DNA of 64,000 nucleotides from positions 1,200 to 65,199 of the forward strand of contig JBGUKB010000078.1 in the NCBI GenBank assembly GCA_045114235.1. The letters are read 5' to 3'. Shown one piece after another: positions 59,272 to 64,000 of this stretch. Position numbers and translations under genes: made by a program. Positions within the stretch are counted from its first letter, which is position 1. Each line of letters opens with the position of its first letter. The notes beneath the pieces are model-generated. The model saw nothing but the letters and a program-made list of their open reading frames with translations. It made no database searches and was not told the DNA's origin. This DNA is from Victivallales bacterium. GTDB taxonomy: Bacteria > Verrucomicrobiota > Lentisphaeria > Victivallales > UBA1829.

Positions 59272-59477
59272 GATTCGTTTCCTTGTTCGGGTTGAGGTGT
59301 TCAAAAACTCTAATAATGTACCGCCTGCCGGACACTTTGTCAACCCCCTGCCCCGCATTCCGCCTCAAAAACGCCCGTGGAAGCTGGAAGTCCTGTTTTA
59401 CATTTTCTGTCAACATATCAACTTTTTGTAAAACATTTCCGTCGTCATCTCCGGTCGTTTCGCCTGAAAATGTACTT

Positions 59478-59493
59478 TGGCACGGGATGTGCT
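59478..59493 (+). promoter_or_regulatory. Sigma54 promoter TGGCACGGGATGTGCT upstream of glnK-amtB
   Basis: 15 of 16 nt are identical to the gltB promoter element. About 45 nt upstream of the ATG at 59539. Confidence 0.75.
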
Positions 59494-59538
59494 AACCGTT
59501 CCGGCGTAACCTCAACATCCTTTCAGGAGAATCACGAC

Positions 59539-59880
59539 ATGAAACTGATCATCGCGTACATCCAGCCCGACCGGCTGAATCCCGTCAAGCAGGCGCTTTA
59601 CGCCCGCAGCATCTTCAAAATCTCCGTCACGAACGCGCTGGGCTGCGGCCAGCAGCGCGGATACGTCCACATGTGGCGCGGCGCGCTTCAGGAAGTCAAC
59701 CTGCTGAAGAAGGTGCGCCTGGCGATCGCGGTCAACGACGAGTTCGTCGAGACGACCATCGAAGGCATTTGCGAAGGCGCGCGCACCGGACACATCGGCG
59801 ACGGCAAGATCTTCGTGCTCCCCATGGACGAGTGCATTCGCATCCGCACGGGCGAACGCGGCAAAGAGGCAATCGGATAA
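59539..59880 (+). CDS. glnK: P-II nitrogen regulatory protein (GlnK-type, amtB-linked)
   Basis: [27 protein letters not shown]-terminus, 113 aa, AGGAG RBS. The track ORF 59377 is an upstream extension across the promoter. Confidence 0.9.
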   Translation: MKLIIAYIQPDRLNPVKQALYARSIFKISVTNALGCGQQRGYVHMWRGALQEVNLLKKVRLAIAVNDEFVETTIEGICEGARTGHIGDGKIFVLPMDECIRIRTGERGKEAIG

Positions 59881-59907
59881 CCCCGCAACATCGAAAGGAA
59901 TTCAATT

Positions 59908-61287
59908 ATGATGAACAAGATGATGACCGCGGCTCTGATGAGCCTCGTTTTCGTTGGAATGTGCGCCGGAGCCGAGGAAGCGGCGGAAGCCGTCGCCGAA
60001 GTAACCGTGGCAGCCGAATCAGTTCAGGAGGCCGCCGCGCCCGCGCCATCGACCGCCGACTATGCGATGTTCGCAGTCAACAACCTGTGGGTCATGGCGG
60101 GCGGCATGCTGGTCTTCCTGATGCACCTCGGATTCGCGTGCGTCGAGTCCGGCCTCGCCCGCGCCAAGAACTGCAACAACATCCTCTTCAAGAACACCAT
60201 GACCCCGGCGATCGGGTTCCTCTCCTACGCCGTCTGCGGCTTCGCGCTCATGTACCCCGGCGTGCACTGGATCTGGGAAAACTGGTTCGGGTTCGCCGGA
60301 TTCGGCCTGCACCTGCCCGCGGGCGATCCGATCGCGTACCACAACGGCGAATTCACCTACTGGACGGACTTCTTCTTCCAGGGCATGTTCGCCGCGACCG
60401 CCGCGACGATCGTGTCCGGCGCGGTCGCCGAACGCGTGAAGCTGACCAGCTACCTGATCTTCACTGCCATCTACGTGTCGGTCGTGTACCCGATCGTCGG
60501 CTCCTGGGGCTGGGGCGGCGGCTGGCTCGACGCCCTGCATTTCCACGACTTCGCCGGATCCACGTTCGTGCACAGTGTCGGCGGCTGGGCTGCCCTCTCC
60601 GGCGTGATCCTGCTCGGGCCGCGCATCGGCAAGTACGTCGACGGCAAGGTGATGCCCATCATGGGCCACAACATGCCGCTCGTGACCATCGGCGTCTTCC
60701 TGCTCTGGCTCGGCTGGTTCGGGTTCAACGGCGCGTCCACCCTGAACGCCGATCCGAGCAAGGTCAGCCTCGTGCTCGTGAACACCATGATCGCGGCCAG
60801 CGCGGCTGTCGTCTCCAGCATGCTCACCAGCAAGATCATGTTGCACCACCCCGACCTCTCCATGACCATGAACGGCTGCCTCGCCGGACTCGTCGGCATC
60901 ACCGCCGGCGCGGACTGCGTGAGCGTGGGCTCGGCGGTCATCATCGGCCTCATCGCAGGCGTCATCGTAGTCCCCGCCGTCGTGTTCTTCGACCGGCTCC
61001 ACCTCGACGACCCGGTCGGCGCGCTCTCCGTCCACCTGGTGAACGGCGTCTGGGGCACGCTCGCGGTCGGCATCTTCTCCGTCGTGCCGGAATACACGTT
61101 CAAGGTACAGCTCCTCGGCGCGGTGGTCGTCGGCGTCGTGTCCTTCGTATCCTCCTTCGCGATCTTCTTCGCCCTGAAGAAAATCTCCGGCATCCGCGTC
61201 AGCGAGGAGGAAGAACTCCGCGGCCTCGACCTCTGCGAACACGGCGGCGAAGCGTATCCCGGATTCCAGTTCTTCGTCAACATGTAA
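59908..61287 (+). CDS. amtB: Ammonium transporter
   Basis: Amt signatures DFAGSTFVHSVGGWAAL and HLVNGVWGTLAVG, 11-12 TM segments, signal-like N-terminus. Confidence 0.95.
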   Translation: MMNKMMTAALMSLVFVGMCAGAEEAAEAVAEVTVAAESVQEAAAPAPSTADYAMFAVNNLWVMAGGMLVFLMHLGFACVESGLARAKNCNNILFKNTMTPAIGFLSYAVCGFALMYPGVHWIWENWFGFAGFGLHLPAGDPIAYHNGEFTYWTDFFFQGMFAATAATIVSGAVAERVKLTSYLIFTAIYVSVVYPIVGSWGWGGGWLDALHFHDFAGSTFVHSVGGWAALSGVILLGPRIGKYVDGKVMPIMGHNMPLVTIGVFLLWLGWFGFNGASTLNADPSKVSLVLVNTMIAASAAVVSSMLTSKIMLHHPDLSMTMNGCLAGLVGITAGADCVSVGSAVIIGLIAGVIVVPAVVFFDRLHLDDPVGALSVHLVNGVWGTLAVGIFSVVPEYTFKVQLLGAVVVGVVSFVSSFAIFFALKKISGIRVSEEEELRGLDLCEHGGEAYPGFQFFVNM

Positions 61288-61336
61288 GAAGGGCAAGCCC
61301 TTCACTGCGGCAGTGCGCTCAGCTTCGCTTGCGCAC
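61288..61336 (+). repeat. 3'-end multi-hairpin repeat element (family copy 3)
   Basis: It starts immediately after the TAA stop: GAAGGGC-AA-GCCCTTC, CACTG-CGG-CAGTG, GTGCGC-TCAGCTTCGCTT-GCGCAC. The architecture matches copies 1 and 2, with compensatory changes. Confidence 0.65.
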
Positions 61337-61354
61337 GGAGCTAAAACAAAATCA

Positions 61355-61389
61355 CCCCGGTCAGTTCAAAATGGCCGGGGCTTTCTTTT
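61355..61389 (+). terminator. Rho-independent terminator, probably bidirectional (amtB / acetyltransferase)
   Basis: CCCCGG-TCAGTTCAAAATGG-CCGGGG followed by CTTTCTTTT. An A-run lies on the other side. Confidence 0.6.
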
Positions 61390-61430
61390 GTCAGGAAATG
61401 TAAATCAAGGCTGTTTTCAGGCGAAAACAT

Positions 61431-62105
61431 TCATTTCGCCGCCGAAACGAAATCCGAAGCGCCCGAAGCCGCCTCGGCGGCGCGGATCTTCCTCAGTTCC
61501 TCCACGCAACGCGGCACATCGTCGAACGGCAAATTCCTGATCTTTTCGACGGGCAGGTCCCACCAGCGAAGTTCGAGCAGCGCCTCGATGATCTCCGGCG
61601 AGAACCGGTAGCGGATCAGTTTGGCGGGGACGCCGCCCACGATCGCATACGGCGGGACGTCCTTCGTCACGACCGCGCCCATGGCGATGATCGCGCCGTC
61701 CCCGACCGTGACGCCGTCCTTGATGGCGACATTGCGGCCGATCCACACGTCGTTCCCGATATGGCACGGGGTCTTCACTTCGTCATACTTGCAACGGCAT
61801 TCCGGCGGCAGGTTCGGGCAATACGGCATCTCAAGATACAGAAAGGGATGGGTCGACAGAAAATCGGTCGGATGCTGCGTGGTCCCGATACACACATAGC
61901 GGGCGATGGAACAATATTTCCCGATGGTCGTTTCCTTGTTCGCGACCTCGAGCCCTTTTCCCGCGTACGAGCCAAGGCCGAATTTGCACTTGCGGCTCCG
62001 GGTTTTCATATTATGCTCAAACACGACCCGCTTGCGGACTCTTTTGCGACGTTCGCGGTCGGGGATAAAATTACAAAGAAAACGTTTCAGGAACAAAGGG
62101 AACAT
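61431..62105 (-). CDS. Hexapeptide-repeat xenobiotic acetyltransferase (XAT; Vat/CatB-like)
   Basis: Left-handed beta-helix repeats ([31 protein letters not shown]) and the C-terminal LELRWWDLP motif. GAGGAG RBS before the ATG at 62105. Confidence 0.8.
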   Translation of the reverse strand: MFPLFLKRFLCNFIPDRERRKRVRKRVVFEHNMKTRSRKCKFGLGSYAGKGLEVANKETTIGKYCSIARYVCIGTTQHPTDFLSTHPFLYLEMPYCPNLPPECRCKYDEVKTPCHIGNDVWIGRNVAIKDGVTVGDGAIIAMGAVVTKDVPPYAIVGGVPAKLIRYRFSPEIIEALLELRWWDLPVEKIRNLPFDDVPRCVEELRKIRAAEAASGASDFVSAAK

Positions 62106-62205
62106 AAGGGCTCCTCGGGGGGTGTTGGGGATTGAAACGGCAAGTCTTTTTGTTAATATAGCTTTTTCCTTGACGGATATCAAGTTGGAAACACAAAAAA
62201 AGATT

Positions 62206-63135
62206 TTACTCGGCTTTCTGGTAGACGCGGACGTAGTCGACATACATGCGGACCGGGAACGGCACTTTCGTGACGTCGCCGCCGCTGTCGCCGCCGAGCG
62301 CGAGGTTCACCAGCAGATAATGGGGCTGGTGGAACGGGTTTTCGACGGAACGGTAGCGCGCGTTTTTGACCTCGGCGATGGAGGAATCGTTCACGGCGAC
62401 GCCGTCCACGGACAGCACGATGCGGTTCTCGTCCCAGTCCATCGCGTAGACGTGGAATTTGTCCGCCCAGTCCGGGTCATCCTTCTGATACTTGCCGAGC
62501 GGGACGCGGACGGTGCTCCATTCGGGCGACCACTGGCCTTTCTCCGAGGACCAGCAGAAATTCGCCAGGACCAGTTCCTTGTAATACTCGAAGATGTCGA
62601 TCTCGCCGCAGGACGGCCAGTTCTCGGACACGCCGAGCGTCCAGAACGCGGGCCAGGAGCCTTCCATCAGGGGCGCTTTGATGCGCGCCTCGATGCGGCC
62701 GTACTGGAACGAATGCAGCCCCTTGGTGATGAGGCAGGCTGAGGTGTATTCGATGGGGCGGTCGTTCCCGCCGAACCCGAACCAGCCGCCGTTCCCACGC
62801 GGATTCGGCAGCGGCTGTTCGTGGTGTTCGCCCGTGATGACCAGGCATCCGTCGCGCACCTCGGCGCTCTCCGGACGGTACCACTGCGCCTCATGGTTCC
62901 GCACATACCCGGTCTCGTACGTCCAGTTCGCCGGATCGGGCCGTCCGTCCGTGTTGAACTCGTCGGACCACGCCAGCTTCATGCCGACGGGCGGATTCGG
63001 CGCGAAGGGATCGGCTTCGGGCGCGGACGCCGCGGCGGAACCGGAGGATTCCGCGGGCTGGGACGATTGGGTGGGACCGCAAGCGGCAAGGATGCAGGCA
63101 AAAACGACCGGAAGGAACAGTGCTTTCATCATCAA
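62206..63135 (-). CDS. GH16 beta-glucanase-type glycoside hydrolase, lipoprotein
   Basis: Catalytic GEIDIFE (ExDxxE), lipobox [17 protein letters not shown]. Confidence 0.85.
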   Translation of the reverse strand: MMMKALFLPVVFACILAACGPTQSSQPAESSGSAAASAPEADPFAPNPPVGMKLAWSDEFNTDGRPDPANWTYETGYVRNHEAQWYRPESAEVRDGCLVITGEHHEQPLPNPRGNGGWFGFGGNDRPIEYTSACLITKGLHSFQYGRIEARIKAPLMEGSWPAFWTLGVSENWPSCGEIDIFEYYKELVLANFCWSSEKGQWSPEWSTVRVPLGKYQKDDPDWADKFHVYAMDWDENRIVLSVDGVAVNDSSIAEVKNARYRSVENPFHQPHYLLVNLALGGDSGGDVTKVPFPVRMYVDYVRVYQKAE

Positions 63136-63198
63136 ACCTCCTGAGCGGGGTTGAGTTCGGGACGGGACAACGGGAACAGGAATCTTTCGGAACCCGCC

Positions 63199-64000
63199 TC
63201 AGTTCGAGGCGGGCATGGACATCAGGAATTCGGCATTCGTCGAGACCTTTTTGAGCTTGGAGATCAGGACCTCCATGGCCTCGACGGGCGGGACGCCGGT
63301 CATTGCCTTGCGGAGGGTCCAGACGCGCGGAAGCTCGTCGCGGTGGAGCAGGAGCTCCTCCTTGCGCGTGCCGCTCGCCTCGATGTTGATGGCGGGGTAG
63401 ACGCGCTTGTCGACGAGACGGCGGTCGAGGTGGAGCTCCATGTTGCCGGTGCCCTTGAACTCCTCGAAGATGACCTCGTCCATCTTGCTGCCGGTGTCGA
63501 TCAGCGCGGTGGCGATGATGGTCAGGCTGCCGTAGTCCTCGATGTTGCGCGCCGCGCCGAAGAAGCGTTTCGGCTTGTGCAGGGCATTGGCGTCGACGCC
63601 GCCGGTCAGGATCTTGCCGCTGTGGGGTTGGAGCGTGTTGTAGGCGCGGGCGAGGCGCGTGATGGAGTCGAGCAGGATCACGACGTCCTTCCGGGATTCC
63701 ACGAGGCGCTTCGCCTTCTCGATGACCATTTCGGCGATCTGCACGTGGCGCTCCGGCGGCTCGTCGAAGGTCGAGCTCACGACCTCGGCGTTGGAGCTCA
63801 CGCTCATTTTCATGTCGGTGACTTCCTCCGGGCGTTCGTCGATCAGGAGGATGATCAGGATGACTTCGGGGTTGTTCTTGATGATGGAGTTCGCCATCTT
63901 CTGCAGGAGCACTGTCTTGCCGGTACGGGGCGGCGCGACGATGAGGCCGCGCTGGCCGAGTCCGATCGGCGTCACCAGGTCGACCACGCGTCCGCAGAGT
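63199..64000 (-). CDS. rho: Transcription termination factor Rho (C-terminal ATPase part; the 5' end lies beyond the window)
   Basis: [19 protein letters not shown] Walker A, and [11 protein letters not shown]. The frame stays open to position 64000. Confidence 0.95.
   Translation of the reverse strand, partial: LCGRVVDLVTPIGLGQRGLIVAPPRTGKTVLLQKMANSIIKNNPEVILIILLIDERPEEVTDMKMSVSSNAEVVSSTFDEPPERHVQIAEMVIEKAKRLVESRKDVVILLDSITRLARAYNTLQPHSGKILTGGVDANALHKPKRFFGAARNIEDYGSLTIIATALIDTGSKMDEVIFEEFKGTGNMELHLDRRLVDKRVYPAINIEASGTRKEELLLHRDELPRVWTLRKAMTGVPPVEAMEVLISKLKKVSTNAEFLMSMPASN

Overview
GC-rich bacterial chromosomal window. Most large ORFs in the supplied track that lie opposite a real gene are codon-aligned antisense shadows, so strand choice matters throughout.

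Layout, left to right:
- (1) A giant minus-strand gene of more than 5,200 codons (1-15623). It runs off the left edge and is absent from the ORF track. It encodes a repetitive beta-helix / FG-GAP adhesin-like protein. A 1.7 kb non-coding upstream region precedes it, with a strongly T-depleted, GGA-rich leader.
- (2) Glycan-degradation and envelope genes: SASA-type esterase, SanA, an SLC12-like permease, a large PAS/GAF hybrid histidine kinase, DUF2264, GH51, TfoX-like and CE7.
- (3) A DNA damage-tolerance cluster: Y-family polymerase, YolD-like protein and MGMT.
- (4) A minimal type II CRISPR locus: compact cas9 (1026 aa), a divergent tracrRNA and a convergent array of 16 repeats and 15 spacers. 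No cas1, cas2, csn2 or cas4 occurs anywhere in the window.
- (5) An aroG-pheA fusion gene preceded by what reads as a classical aromatic leader-peptide attenuator.
- (6) A nitrogen/glutamine block. purF-carA-pyrG-carB lies divergent from gltBD and is followed by a GAF sigma54 activator and glnK-amtB. Three sigma54-type promoters are visible.
- (7) An XAT acetyltransferase, a GH16 lipoprotein and a 5'-truncated rho.

Cross-cutting observations:
- A family of multi-hairpin elements sits exactly at gene 3' ends in three loci and shows compensatory base changes.
- Three genes share a leaderless-mRNA promoter geometry.

The most interesting items are the cas1/cas2-less Cas9 locus, the attenuator, the 3'-end hairpin family, and the hidden giant gene with its unusual leader. 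No tRNA, rRNA or mobile element was recognised. Taxonomy cannot be assigned from the sequence alone.
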